64,000 nt of DNA from Octopus vulgaris (lineage: Eukaryota), in the NCBI GenBank assembly GCA_951406725.2, contig OX597824.1:61256001-61320000 (forward strand). The letters run 5' to 3'. The position numbers and the translations under genes were made by a program. Below, piece by piece: positions 24,927-39,797 of this stretch. The stretch's first letter is position 1. The number at the start of each line of letters is the position of its first letter. Below the pieces are notes generated by a model. The model was not told where the DNA came from. It saw only the letters and a list, made by a program, of their open reading frames with translations, and did not search any database.

Positions 24927-27805
24927 TATGACCGAAAATTATATTTGTTTTAAACCTTGAAATTACATAGAAAGTATTTTGCGTAGGATATGAGCAGTTC
25001 CCATGAGCACTATCTTTTGAATTTCTGCCATTTTTGGGTTTCCTGGTATTTGAGTTAGGTAGCAATCAGCCCCTTTTGCTATCATTCCCAGGGCACCTAT
25101 GACAACAAGTATTGTTTTAGTCTTCAGCTTCCACATTTTGCTGATTTCTATTTCAAGATCTTTATATTTGCTCAGTTTTTGGTAGGTCTTGACAGATACG
25201 TTTATATCGATTGGGACAGTTATATCAATGAGGAGGCATGTTCTTTGTCTGACGTCTTTCAATATGATGTTTGGCCTATTTGCATCTATCTTTCTGTCAG
25301 TTTGAATGGTGAAGTTCCAGAGGAGTGAGATGTGGTCATTTTCAAGCACTGGAGATGGTTTGTGTTCCCACCAGTTTTTTCATGGGGCAAATTCAGGTTT
25401 TTGCAAATTACCCAGTGAATATATTGTGCAGCTCTATCATGCCTGTTGAGATACTCTGTAGGCGCTAGAAGACTGCACTTGGAGACAACATGATCAATTG
25501 TTTCATTTTGTTGTTGACATACACGACATGTTGGGCTACTGCCGTTCTTTAATATGTTGGCCTGGTAGTTTCTTGTTGGTAGGCATTGATCTTGAGCTGC
25601 TATGATAAACCCTTGTGTTTCAGATTTTAAGCCAGAGGCCATTAGCCATTGATGGGCCAGGGCTTTGTCAACATCTGCATTATTCGCTCTCTTTGGGTAT
25701 TTGCCATAGAGAGATTTTTCTTGCCATTTATCATTCAGAATATCTAAGGCTGCAATTTTAGCACGGGTTTTCATGCGCTTAGCTTTTTCTGTGCTTGTTT
25801 CTTGTATGTCTAATTCCGAAATTTGTTGTATTCAGAATTCACTTAGATATTCCTTTGCCTGTTTTGTTACTGAGTATGATGCTTTCTTGTTTTCATGTTT
25901 TGAGACAAGTTTTAACATCCAGTCCTCAGAGTTTTTCAGGTAGGTGTCTAGGCCAATTGTAGCAATCTTCATTGTTATTGCCAGTTGTAAAAGTCCACGG
26001 CCTCCCTCTTTTCTTGGCAGATAAAGTCGTTCTGTATCTGCCTTAGTTTTCGTATTTTTCTGTCAAGATTACACATTTCAGTAATTGACCAGTTAACGAT
26101 ATTGAAATTGTAAGTCACGACTGGTATGGCTAAAGCATTGATCGCTTCGATCCTGTTTCTCCCATTCAGCTCTGTCTTGTGTATTGCTCTTACTCTGCGA
26201 TAACATTCTCTCCTGATCCTTTCCTTCACTGAATGCCTTATTCCGTCCCCTTCAATTACCCCTAGGTACTTGTAGCTCTCCGCTGGGTCTAATTCTTTTA
26301 TGACATTCTGCTGGTCAAGGTTAACGTTAGATGTTTCTGTTATTTTTCCTTTGATAAAGGTAGCTTTTGCACATTTATCGAGGCCAAATTGCATTCTGAT
26401 GTCATCACTGAATTGTTTAACAATCGCTAGTAAGCCCTTGAGTTGTTGGTCATTTTTTGCAAAGAGCTTTAAATCATCCATGTAAATGAGATGATTTATA
26501 TTTTTATCAAACATTTTATATCAGTACTTCGCGTCATTGAGCAATTTTGAGAGAGGTATCAAGGCTAAACAAAAGAAGAGTGGTGATAGTGAGTCACCCT
26601 GGAAAATGCCACTTAAAATTTTTACATCACCAGCATTTAAAGATTCATTGTCACTGTTCAAGGTTAGTGTGGTTCTCCATGATCTCATACTTACAGACAA
26701 GAAGTTTCGCAGAGTAGGCGCTATTTTATACATTTCCAGGCATTTCTTTATCCAGCTATATGGTAGGCTATCAAAAGCCTTTTTATAGTCTATCCAGGCT
26801 ATTGATAAGTTTTTGTGTAGTTTGTGACAATCTTCTAAGATCATCTTATTGATGAGTAGTTGATCTTTACAACCATAGGATCCACGTTTACATCCTTTCT
26901 GTTCATTAGGGAATATGCTGCTGTCTATTAAAAAACTATAGGTATATTCCGTCAGGACAGATGTTAGCGTTTTATACATAGTTGTTAAGCAGGTTATGGG
27001 TCTATAGTTTTTGGTTTATTTGTTTCTTCACTTTTTGGAAGCAGGAATGTTAACCCATTAACTAGCCAAGGAGGCATCCTACTAGGGTGTTGCAAAACAT
27101 CATTGTAAAGTTCTGTTAGCAGTTCATGGCTCTCTGGGAAGGCATTCAACCAGAAGTTAGGAATTTTATCCTTTCCTGGAGACTTCCATTTGCTTGACCT
27201 CCTGAGAGCAGATCTTATATCTTCTACCTTGACACCCTCCCACTTTTGCTCTTCTAAGGAGTCCAGTTCTGTAGATATTCTATCAATCCAGGGGGCCTTT
27301 TCGTTGTGTGTTTATTCTTCTGCCCAAATTTTATTCCAAAGTCCCTGCACTTCTTTTGATGGTACAGACTTTACAGTAACTGTTGTTTTTCCTATCTTCC
27401 TGTAAATATTTTTGGGGTTATTTTTGAACATGTTGTTGTCCTTGAAGAATCTAACACGCTTTTCATACCTCGCTATGCGGGCAGCTTTAGCAGATACCTT
27501 TTGCTTGATGGTTTCTATGGTGGCATCAATATCAAGTATAGTTTTCATATTATTATTATATTTTTTCATAAATTTTTTGGGTTTTTGTAGGTTTGGTAGT
27601 CTTGTCAACCTTAAGGTTTTTCAAATATTCAATGTCAGATCTAAATAGTTTAATTTGTTGGATACGCTCTTGCCAAGAAGGCTTTTTGTGGGAATGTTGT
27701 CGTTTTCTAATCTTTTCACCACATAGGATCGTTGAGATTTTCGCGGATGCATAGTATAGGTGGTTGAGATCTGTGATATCAACATCATTAGCTGAAATTA
27801 TATCC
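24926..27805 (-). mobile_element. R4/Dong-clade non-LTR retrotransposon (RT + CCHC + restriction-like endonuclease), 5'-truncated, frameshifted
   Basis: WIDYKKAFDS, GIFQGDSLSP, YMDDLKL, CRVC..ETIDHVVSKC, RPNII..LLIDITVP..KYKDLEIE; TAA arrays at both ends on the sense strand. Confidence 0.95.
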
Positions 27806-28480
27806 TTATTATTATTATTATTATAAATGCGTTTATTTAGACATTTCATGGCTTCAAAATATGGGGCTGTTTAGCCCTATATTGGATCTTATAAAGCAGT
27901 AGGCCGATGAGCACAGACTTCAACCGTGATCATTCCGTGCCCTTTAGATTCGGAAGATGGTAGGATGTAATTTGCTCTCTTCTTTCCGACATCTGTCGGC
28001 GTTACGATCTGACGTTCCTCTTCTCCTAACAGATTTATTCAATCAAGATGTGAAACTGAAAATGAAAGGATAATTCTAAAAGTCACTGTTGTTAAAGTGA
28101 TTATAATTTTCGGACTATTAACCTCACCTGTAGGTATCTTTGATCTTATAAACTTACGTCACTGTCATGACATTGTCAGTAATACGATGACACAATTTTA
28201 TTCTCTCTCTTTTTCACTTTCTCCCAAAATTCCTATTAACCTTTAAACAAAAATAATTTCCGTCTTTATCTCTCCATCGGAATTTCAAATTGGTGAAGAA
28301 GGAGACGAAGAAGACAATGATGATAATGATGATAATGATGATAATGATGATGATAACAACAACAACAACAATAATAATATTAATAATAATGGTTTCAAAT
28401 TTTAGCGCTAGACCAGCAATTTCTGCGGAGGAGTAAGTCGATGATATCGACCCCAGAGCTCGACAGGCCCTTATCTGATG

Positions 28481-28545
<65 letters not shown>

Positions 28546-28800
28546 TGAGAAACATCTTGACACCTGAAAATGTTGCAGAACATAAAAGCGACAATTGTTC
28601 CTGTGGTAGTTGGTACATTTGGCACAACACGCAAATCGTTACCTAACAGTTTGAAGGATACTGAAATCGAAATACTCATTGTCGACCTGCAGAAAAGAGC
28701 ACCGTCTTGTATTCTGCAAGAAGCCTAAGAAACATTTTCAAGATTTGAAGAAACTTGCTGTCACCATACCTCGGAATAATATGCCTGCTAATTAAATCAG
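28546..28800 (+). mobile_element. R4/Dong-like LINE 3' fragment following (TAA)n
   Basis: NIKATIVPVVVGTFGTTRKSLPNSLKDTEIEILIVDLQK. Confidence 0.8.
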
Positions 28801-28818
28801 CTTGTAACAGCTTTTCAT

Positions 28819-28892
<74 letters not shown>

Positions 28893-29011
28893 TCTAACGT
28901 TAAATTATGGAAGAAATGCTACTGAGCATTTTGCCCATCGTGTTAACGATTTTGTCAGTTCATGGTCTTAACACCACCGCCACCACCACCACCACCACCA
29001 CCACCATCACC

Positions 29012-29042
<31 letters not shown>

Positions 29043-29067
29043 TCAGCAACAACAACAACAACAACGA

Positions 29068-29270
29068 TTATTCTTTCTACTGTAGGTACAAAACCTGCTA
29101 ATTGTTGCCAGAGCAGAGGCTAGTCTATTACAACGATCCCATTGCCCAACTGGTACTTATTCATCGACCTCGAAAGATGAAAAGCAAAGAATTTGAACCC
29201 AGAGCATAAAGACGGATGAAATGTCGCCATTTTGTCCCGCGTGCTAAAGATTCTGTCAGTTCACTGCTAA
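29068..29270 (-). mobile_element. SINE family B copy
   Basis: actggtacttattcatcgacctcgaaagatgaaaagcaaag...gctaaagattctgtcagttcactgc. Confidence 0.75.
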
Positions 29271-29819
29271 ACAACGACAACAACAAAAAAATTGATGACG
29301 ACGTTGATGATGATGATGATGATGATGATTATAATTTCTGTTTGATAAATATTTTAAACAAACCTTTAAGAAAGATTTAGCTACCTGGGGATAATTTGTA
29401 AGTTAAATAGCAGATTGTACTAGATGATTTGTATTTTCTTTTGTATTTTTGCTTTTGAGTTGTTATTGGTTTTAATGCAGCGTATTTAATAATCCTTTGT
29501 TTATTGATGCCAATTACAATATTAAACATGCCGTAAAAGATGATTATAAAGCGTATAGAAGTACATACAAAACATGTATAATAAAAGGGGGGCGGAGCAA
29601 AACCGTTATATAATATACTTAGACAAGTTAAAAAATTTGGACGTAGAATAAATACAAAGGGAGGCAACACACTCATATTAGGAGTGAGAAAGGGCCACCT
29701 AATTCATCTCTATGAATTTGGCCAATTTCTGCCTAGCTTTGTACATGAGTTTCAGGAAGCAATGAAACCTCCCTCAATCTGTGATAACAGTTAGTTTGCT
29801 CGTATATCATCACCACCAC

Positions 29820-29859
<40 letters not shown>

Positions 29860-30134
29860 TTAAGAAAATTAATTTCTCAACAGACTTTTATCGATGCTGA
29901 TAATCAACTCAAGTGATTACTGTGTACCAGTAATTTCATTTCGAATGAGAAGAAGGAACCGGTTGATGTTTCAGATGGCACTCTAAGACTGGGTTCCTGC
30001 AACATCAACTTTTTCTATTCCAAACGCCAACTGACAGACACCCAAAGATTTATTACTCCAAGATTTATTACTCCCACCATCATCGCAGACGTAGGCCTGT
30101 TGTACTTATCAGATTTTTATCATTGCAATTGACA

Positions 30135-30330
30135 AAGGTGAGAAAAGTCATGAATTGGTCGAGTATTTAGAGTGTTGGGCAGAATGTCTCCCACTTGCTA
30201 CGCTCTGAGTTCAAATCCCACCGAAGTCTTTTATCTTTTCGTGATCGATTAAATCATGGAAATCCAGAGCTTTGGATTGGCGGAACCGTTAGAATGTCAG
30301 GTAAGCGGAATTGCGGTGTTTGTTCTAGAT
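30135..30330 (+). mobile_element. decayed SINE family B fragments
   Basis: ctgagttcaaatcccaccgaagtc and ttggcggaaccgttag. Confidence 0.55.
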
Positions 30331-31670
30331 TTTTGTTGTTTTAACAGCAACATCTGCATTGGCACTGGTTCCAAGCAGTATTGACCTTAAAGCGACAGCC
30401 TTTTGTTTGGAAAATATCGGTGAAGTGGAGAGGAGAAACTGCCAGTCTTACTAAAAAAAAAAATTATGCAGATTTATGGTTAATTCTGATCGACGAGGTC
30501 CTTTAGAAGCAGAAAGAAAGGAAGCAAAATGATTCAATTTATTGTTGAACATAATCGTAAACTAATCTCACTATGGAGCTACAGTATGTTACTTTCAGTT
30601 TATTACTCCATAAGGATTTTAGTTGCATTCATAAATTTGTTTTCCTTACATCTTCCATCTATTTTGATTTTGTTTTTGTTTTTAAGCATAATCATGCTTT
30701 CAGAAGGTATTTCAAAGGAAAAAAAAGTATTTATTCCGATTCTCACGTATTTAGCGATTTATTCTTTGCATTGTTTATAAATTTTAGTCTATTAATACAC
30801 AGATAAGACTTAGTGCAAAATTCCATGACAGTTATTTAGTCATAGAATTTGGAAACGTTATTTGGTTTCATTCCTTGAAGGAGTATCGTGTTAATACGAA
30901 ATCCGACGACATTGAAATTTGATCATCATGTTTTTAATTGGCTTCGTTATTTAAGTATAAAACATTTCCTTTAGGTATGAAGTAATGTGCAACACATTTT
31001 TGACGAAATTTTTCATTTATTCATCAGATTTTATTTTTTATTTGTTACTATTGTTGTTGTTGTTGTTGTCTTCATCGTCATCGTCGTTGAACATGTCAAT
31101 CATGGTTCCATGAATTTTGGAAAAGAAATATTTACTTGTCATGGATCCAAGTGGCTTTTAATCTTTTTTTTTCTATTTTATTCCAGGTAGAAGAGAAAAT
31201 AATTTTCGTAGAATATTGACCTCAAGGGAAGAATGTCTGAATTGTATTCTTGTTTACTGATAAGATAAACGACCTTTATAAAAAATATAGCAGGTTAGTG
31301 GAATTCGTTGCAGACGCAGAATGCTAAATGAATGGTTAACAAGTTCTCTCCTCAAGGTCTATAGTTCGATCCCAATGTGTGTTATATTGGGACAGTGTTT
31401 TTCAATATAGCCTCATATCGATCACTTCCATGTAAAAGAAATTGGGTTGACGGAGACTGTGGAAGCGGTCGGATTAATCGTACCTTGTTGAAAAATTTCA
31501 TCGTATTGATTCTGCCTAGAATTTCGTTAAGACTATGGAATACTCAACTACTTATATGTGACTTCAATGAGCAAGTAATTCAGATGATCGAACAACTGAA
31601 ACTCATATTCGGAAACGCTGACAGAGATTAATCGTTTTAATAGTAGTAGCTGCAGTGGTAGTTATAGTGA

Positions 31671-31721
<51 letters not shown>

Positions 31722-32541
31722 CAGCAGTAGTGGTTTTTGTTGTTGTTTACTGTAATGAGAGAAGTATTACTGTCGTCACGTAGAAGAGGGTAATGACAAT
31801 ATAAATCATACTAAACCAGAGCAACTTGAGTAAACAAACAGAACAAGAAGAGCAAACAAAGAAATTATTACCACATTAGGGAAAAATGGGAAAAAAAGAA
31901 ACAATAAAAACAAGCAAAAATATTATAAAAGTACAACAACGAGTCAATGACAGGGCTACTAACTGATCGTTTGACCTACTGGAAACAGCTGCTGAAGTAC
32001 TCTAAAATAACACTTAATTAAAAAAAACACATTGGATACTATAACACTGTACACTGTGTTTATACAAAAGTTCGGATGGTTACAAGATTTTTTTAAGGAC
32101 TTAGAAGAGGAAGCTCAGCGTCCCTGATACACTTTTTTGGGGTAATGTACGTTGGCTCGAATTCAAGGTGAACCTATCTAAAGGCATCCAAGAACTATGT
32201 TGTGATTTTAAACTGAGTGACAGGTTAAATCTATTAAAAAACGTTAAAAAAAAAAGAAAAAAAGAATTAAAACAAGGGTGGTTTTTCTCTGACTGGCTTC
32301 CAGCAACCAATCAAACTGGAAATCATGCGGTTGCAAACCAAACTTTTTAACAAAGCAGCCACATTTCTCAAAAGCTGGAATGTTCTATTGCTCAAATGTC
32401 TTTAGCCATAAGCCTCCCTGATCATCATAGAGCTTGAGGGAAGGGTTCAAGCAGCAATCGAGGTTTGAATGCAGGGCTGGTCCTCAGTTGAAGCCGTCAC
32501 ATTTCAAGTACACTCGTATTATACGTTCATATTATGGATTG

Positions 32542-32840
32542 CAGCGGGAGATCCTCAGCCACCGGGCCATGGACTAGTACCCGGCCGTGGACGAGAACCC
32601 AACTGTGGGCTAGCAGCAGGCTGCACAGAAAGAATAAATTTTAAAATTCTATTTCTATTTTATTGACTACAGTAGTCTGCAGCATGCTTTTGCATTATAT
32701 ATGTATCGTATATAATTAAGCTATATATTATGCATTTAATTGCGTTTTGTTATGTGATTGACCCCAGCTCTCACCACCGGGCCGTAGAATAATTGTTTTG
32801 TATGAAACCGGTCAATGGTGCAGAAAAGGTTGGGGACAAG
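32542..32840. mobile_element. hAT-Charlie type MITE with MER1-like termini
   Basis: cagcggga..ccaccgggccatggactagtacccggccgtgg ... gaaaccggtcaatggtgcagaaaaggttggggac. Confidence 0.7.
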
Positions 32841-32914
32841 TTAATTATAGGACATGCATGAATGTCACTATATCTAAAATTCTCTCTTTATAATATATAT
32901 ATATATATATGTAT

Positions 32915-33110
32915 ATATCAGAACATGAAAAAGCAAGAAAAAGTCATGAAAAAACAACAACGTGAGGACGTGGAATAAGTACAGTGTTATTACACGCTCA
33001 GGAAAGGAATGAAAAGAAAGAGGATTTTAAGTTTCGAGTGGAGCTCTTCATCAGAAATATAGAAAAAGTCCAAAGAAGAGAAGACGGAGAAAGAAAATCG
33101 CCAACGATAT
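32915..33110 (-). mobile_element. short Penelope-pLTR-like element with hammerhead motif
   Basis: Minus strand CTGATGAagagctccactcGAAAC; shares ttcctgagcgt..ttgttgttt with 59880-60105; TA microsatellite flanks. Confidence 0.6.
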
Positions 33111-33124
33111 GTGTGTGTATATAT

Positions 33125-33545
<421 letters not shown>

Positions 33546-33946
33546 CAAGACTGAAACAAGCAAAAAATAAAATAATAAAATAAATATATATTATTATATA
33601 TATGGAAACCAGTAATTGCAGTATGGCTGAAAGATTAAGAAGGTCACTTAGCAACCATGATGTCCTATATTCGATATAACTGCGTAACATTTTCAACAAA
33701 TGTAACTATCTATAGTCTCGAGCCAACACATTCCTAATCAGTGAAACTGGGTCTACAGAAGCTGTGTACAAAATTGTAGGGTGGAGTGTATCTCCAACTT
33801 TATCATGCAGTGTCACAATGACTCTACTTGAAAATGATGTCAACGGCACACATGTTTAGGGAACTATCAGTCACTTGTTAATTCAAGAGCAGATAATTCA
33901 GCTTATCAAACGATTTAATCAGAAATATCAAACGATGGAAAGTAAG

Positions 33947-34006
<60 letters not shown>

Positions 34007-34015
34007 ATATATGTG

Positions 34016-34127
<112 letters not shown>

Positions 34128-34609
34128 ATATTTTATAATTAATTACATAATTGTAAGAATGGCTTGGCTTGCGCCTCACCACGCACTGAAAAATAGACGT
34201 CAAAGGACACTATTACAGCCATAAATTCTCCGAGAATAAACACACCACATAATAAGCTAGCAAAAGAAAGAAAATGAATTAGAGCTTTTGGTTAAGGGCA
34301 TACAAGATCCTGTTTCTAGCTTAAAGTAAAAAAATATATTACTTATTGCCTTCATCAGCGCAGGTATTACGTAGAATAAATTCACAAGTGTCCATGAATA
34401 TGTGAACGAGCTGCGACTTCGCTCAACCAATATCCATCCACACTCGCAGAAATATACTGGAAAGTAGAATGCACATCTTTCTTTTATACCCACATGTAGT
34501 GTGTCAAGATCAAGCCTGCAGTTAATTCAGTTTGATCAAGGAGTAAATTTTCCAAAAATTAATTATAATAATAAAGGGTAAAAATCATTAATGATTCTAA
34601 CCCTCTATT

Positions 34610-34650
<41 letters not shown>

Positions 34651-34859
34651 TAATAATAATAATAATAGATATATATATATATATATTTAAAATTTATAAG
34701 TTTAAATTATTTAAATAATTTTTTAAATTTTAACTTTAATTTAAATATTTTAATTTGGAATTTTATATTTTTTATATTTTATATTTTATATTTTTTAAAA
34801 TTAATTTTATTTCTATGTATTGGCTTATGATTTTCACTGTTTGATTTGCCTAATAGTGG

Positions 34860-35070
34860 TTTTGGCACGCCGGGCAAAATGCTTAGTGGTATTTCTTCTG
34901 TCGTTACATTCTGAGTTCAAATTCCGCTGAGGTCGACTTTGCCTTTCATCCTTTCGGGGTCGATAAATAAAGTACCAGTTTCGCACTGGGGTCGATGTAA
35001 TCGACTTAACCCTTTTGTCTGTCCTTGTTAGTCCCCTCTATGTTTAGCCCCTTGTGGATAGTAAAGAAAT
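34860..35070 (+). mobile_element. SINE family B copy
   Basis: gcacgccgggcaaaatgcttag..gagttcaaattcc..gcctttcatcctttcggggtcgataaataaagtaccag. Confidence 0.88.
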
Positions 35071-36229
35071 ATATATAAATTGGACATGGGCGATCGTTGT
35101 ATTCTTGTATTCTTTCTTTCTTGTCTTGAGGTTCACAGCCAAACGGCTGGGTGGATTCACGTGAAAATTGGCACACAAATGGAGACGAATCCATAGATTA
35201 TGCTGCCATTTGTATTTTCCCCCTAGCCCCCATAGCTACCGAGAACATTGATTAAAACTTTTCTAATGGAATTCCCCATTCAAAGGTGATTGCGTCTGCC
35301 ATTCAGCCGTGTTTTGGGCGATTTTGATCATACCAATTTTGTCAAATAGAACAATTTTTTCTACATATAGTGGGGAGGGTTCGCTTTTCAAAGATTTCAG
35401 TACAAAGGGTAGAAAAAAATCAGGATTCAATTTCTTTTGACTATTTTGCGCAAAGCTGAGCGTAAAATTGCAGAAGGATTTATCGATTCACATACAGCGA
35501 GAAGTTAGCAATGTACGCAAGCTGCTTCATGTCAAAAGGTGTCAATCGATTTCTGTCTCAAGGTTACATGTATGTTTGGATACTTATTAAGTCACAGCCC
35601 GCACAAGTTGAAATTGCTTGATCTGAGGTTCGAATACCAGCAAGCTCATATGCATTTTTGAGCTTATAGGAATTGTAGACTAAAATCAATGTGGGAAAAA
35701 TAAAAAAAATATTTATGCAACTACTTATGTTCTGCATTGACTAAAATCATATGATAAAAAGGTTTTTAGAGCCATTTTTGAGTTACATTCACACATTTTC
35801 ACTACACTAGGGCAGATCTCATCAACTACATTAGCTGGAAAAACCGAGTGAAACCGATCGTTTCACCAAGGATTCTCACAATGCTGTTTAAAAAGTAACT
35901 GTTTCTTTGTCGCTTTTTGGGCAAAAATGGTATTTTTCGGGTAGCTGCGTTGACTTTACTTATTTATACGTATATCGACGACACAAGCTAGCGATTGTTT
36001 GACGTACATGGAAAAAAACCTGACTTTTATTAAGTTGCAGAAGTTTGGTAGTACAGTTAAAAATCATTTCTGCTTTACTTCTTAGGTATAAATTCTTACA
36101 GCTCCAGTTTTTGGTAATCATTGAAATGTCAAAACATTTTCTAACTGTTAAAGCAATTCTTTACGTCAGCTTTTTAATGCGTCTCTATTAAAACCATCAT
36201 AGCTTATGTCTAACTGAAAACGATAGACG

Positions 36230-39200
36230 ATCTCTGTGCTGAAGGAGATAACCCAAACAATATCATCACAGCGCTGAAGAGCAATGACTACTCAAGATCT
36301 TTAGCACTGATTGCCCCTACCACCATCATAGCGAAAAACCGTGGAGGTGTAAGAACCAAGAAAGAACAACCAAAAGGAGCAAAAACAAGAGATGAAACAG
36401 CCAAAGAAAGAAGCAAACCTGACCGCTCAGACAACAAAATGGATAAAAAGACAACACACACGAATGTACAAATTCTACTTGAAAGGTGTCTACTGGTATG
36501 GGGAGGGAGGTGCAAGCTGTCGTTTTGCACACCAAAGACCTCGCCACACCAGCATGGAACAGTGTAGGAACCACCTGCCAAAAGGAAAAGACTACGAACT
36601 ACCTGCCCCAAAACGAAGATACGCAGATGTAGTGCGTGCTACAAACCAGTCCTATCAACATGTTGTTGAAAGGGCAGCTGCTGAATAACAATCATTTTTG
36701 CGCATGGCACAAAAGATGGAGCAGCAACTGACCTGGCTACATCAATTCCACAGATGGGACTATCCCCAATATACAAGACCACCACAGCAAATAGATCCAA
36801 ATTGGACACCACTGGCAACATCACATCGGTGCTCTTACTGAACAGGCTGATAACACTTAGTAACAGGACAAAAATTCCTTTCCTGAGAGACCTTGTTGCA
36901 TGCAATCAAGCTTTATGCATAGAACTTACGGAAACACACCTGAAACCAGATATAGCAAATGTAGAAATACACATAGCACAGTATGTTGTATTACGGAACA
37001 ACAGAAAAGAAAGGAGTCACGGTGGAGTTGCTATGTACATCAACGAATACCTCACACCTCAGGTCCTTTTGTCACACTCAAATTCAATATGTGACACACT
37101 AATTATACATATACGACAACTCGATGTAGTTATATGTGCTACATATCGCCCTCCAGATGCTCCGAATCATGCAGGCAAGTGTGAAGACTGCCTTACAAAA
37201 ATAGACGTTCTAGTCACATTAGATCAACACATAGGTGTACTTCTTATGGGAGACTTCAATCTGCCCAATGTCGGATGGCCTGAAGGCTTTTCTGTCCCAG
37301 GAATGGCGCGATGCAAACAAGGACTGGTGAAGTCCCTCCTGAACCTTATCAGCACTTTGTATATGGAACAAATAGTACTCCAACCAACCAGGGCTGGTAA
37401 CATACTGGATCTCTGCTTCACAAATAATACGGACCTCATCCATAATGTGAAAGTGACACCGACACTACTCTCTGGTAGAGTTGACCATGTATGGACCAAA
37501 GGGAACCATGGACGTGCAGCCTACAAGAAACTCTCAAAATCTTTCTAGCTTGAACTTCCATTAGGCAAACTGGAAACAAATTGAGAAAGAGATACTCAAA
37601 CAAAACTGGCCTAAATGTCTCTCCTCACCGGACATCAACATGGAACTTCAACAATTCATGCCTGTAATGCAAGTCATATGCTATAAAGAGAAAGGCCACT
37701 GTACACAAGAACGAATTCCCCAGGAAGAGGAAAATTCTTATGAGACGGCGTACAAAAATTTCAAATCACCTAAACAAACAAATTGAAAGCAGTGAAAAAT
37801 CCCGCCTGAAAATATAACTGCTGGAGATTGAAAAAAATTTGCAACTCTCCCATGAAAAAGAAAGAGCAGACAAAGAAGCCTGGGCCATAGGCAATATAAA
37901 ATTTAACCTCAGAGCCTTCTTCAAGTTTGGCAAAGAAACAGCCTCAGTGCACTGCGGGATAGGGCCACTCCTCGAAAAAGATGGTTAAATCACAAGAAAC
38001 CAAGTGAGGATAAGTGAAATACTAAATGAGCAATTCAAAAGTATTTTCACTCCACCCCTAAGACACTTGCAAGTCAGCAGACTTTTTCCCGCAGCAGATA
38101 TAAAAACAGAGACAGTTATGATTGATCACATCAATATAAAAGAAGACGATGTAATAAGGGCTATAGATGAAATGAACCAAAACTCAGCTACTGGCTCTGA
38201 TGGATTCTCAGCAATTCTTCTAAAAGTATGTAAGCGAGTCCTAGCAAGACCATTGCAGTTCCTCTTTCAGAGCTTCCTTGCAACTGGCAAACTTCCAAGC
38301 AAACTGAAAGAGGGTGAAATATTCCCCATCCACAAAGGAGTAGCAGAGGCCAAACACTACAGACCTATCTTTCTGACTTCGCACATCAGCAAAGTCATAG
38401 AACGAATAGTCAGAAGAAAACTAATCACCATCTTTGAGGAAAATGACTTTCTGACTGACACCCAACATGGTTTCCGACCAGGAAGAAGCTGCCTGACTCA
38501 GCTCTAACAACACTATGACTAGGTGCTGAAACAGCTGCCCAACCACTCAAATATGGAAGTGATATATCTCGGCTTTGCAAAGGCCTTTGATAAAGTCGAT
38601 CATGGAATGATATGTCACAAACTGCGTGATCTTGGCATAGTCGGAAAACTGGGAGAATGGTTGCATGACTTTCTGAAGGATAGCAGTCAGGTGGTAGTAG
38701 TCAATGGGGCCACCTCCAATGACATGCAAATAGTGAGCGGTGTTCCGCAAGGCACTGTTTTGGGACCACTACTGTTCATAATGGCCCTCTCAGACATGCC
38801 CTCAGCCACACAGAGAGCCACGATCACAAGTTATGCAGATGATACAAAAGTCTCACAGGTAATACAGAACCCTGAAGACACTATGCACTTGCAATGTGAG
38901 CTGGACAAAATATACAAGTGGGCTGAAAAGAATAGCATGCAGTTTAATGTTGAAAAGTTAGAAGCCATGTGCTATCAGCATGAAAAATTTAATACAATAC
39001 CAATTAAATACGCTGGACCTGGAAGGATCGTAATCCCAGAGACACAGTGCGAGACCTGGACATTTACATGAATAATAATGCATTCTTCCATGTGCATGTT
39101 GCTATGTTGGCAATGAAATGCAGGCGGCTGACCGGATGGATTCTTAGAACTTTTAGAACAAGAGATCGGAAAACTATGATGGTCCTCTGGAGGACACTTG

Positions 39201-39797
39201 TCCTAGGCCACTTTGACTATTGCTCTCAGCTAAGGTCACCAACCAGTGTCAAATTAATTGCAGAATTTTAGGAAATCCAACGAAGCTACATCAAAATAGT
39301 CTCTATGCAGCAAATAAGCTACTGGGAAACACTGAAAAGATTAAGACTCTATTCCTTAGAGCGTAGGCGGGAAAGATATACCATAATATACATCTGGAAA
39401 ATCATGGAGGGACTTGTCCATAATTTGGCATCGATAGTTACACAAATGCTAGAACAGGGGGCCACTGCATAGTGCCAAGGACTCCAAATTTGCCATCAAG
39501 ATATCAGACAAGGTACTCCAACAGCCTGGGCTTCAGAGGACCACAGATCTGCATGGAGTGGATGTAGGTGTCTTCAAAATGAAACTGGACCTCTTACTGT
39601 CAAGTGTCCCAGATGAACCAGCTTCACAGCAGGAGGTGCAGATGAGGGCAGACGCATCAAGCTCCCTCATGCACCAAATGTCAATTTCTAAAAAGAATTA
39701 GTGAAATAATATCATGTAACAACACCAAATTGCGGTGCCCCAGCATGGCTACAGCTTATGAGCTAAAACTAGATCGAATCAAATCAAATCAAATCAA

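Noticed and set aside
29976-30090. Open frame between AG and GT with a 15-bp tandem duplication
   Set aside because: Weak splice context and no recognisable protein
32130-32170. VRWL peptide reminiscent of hAT transposase
   Set aside because: Four-residue match with no supporting neighbouring motifs
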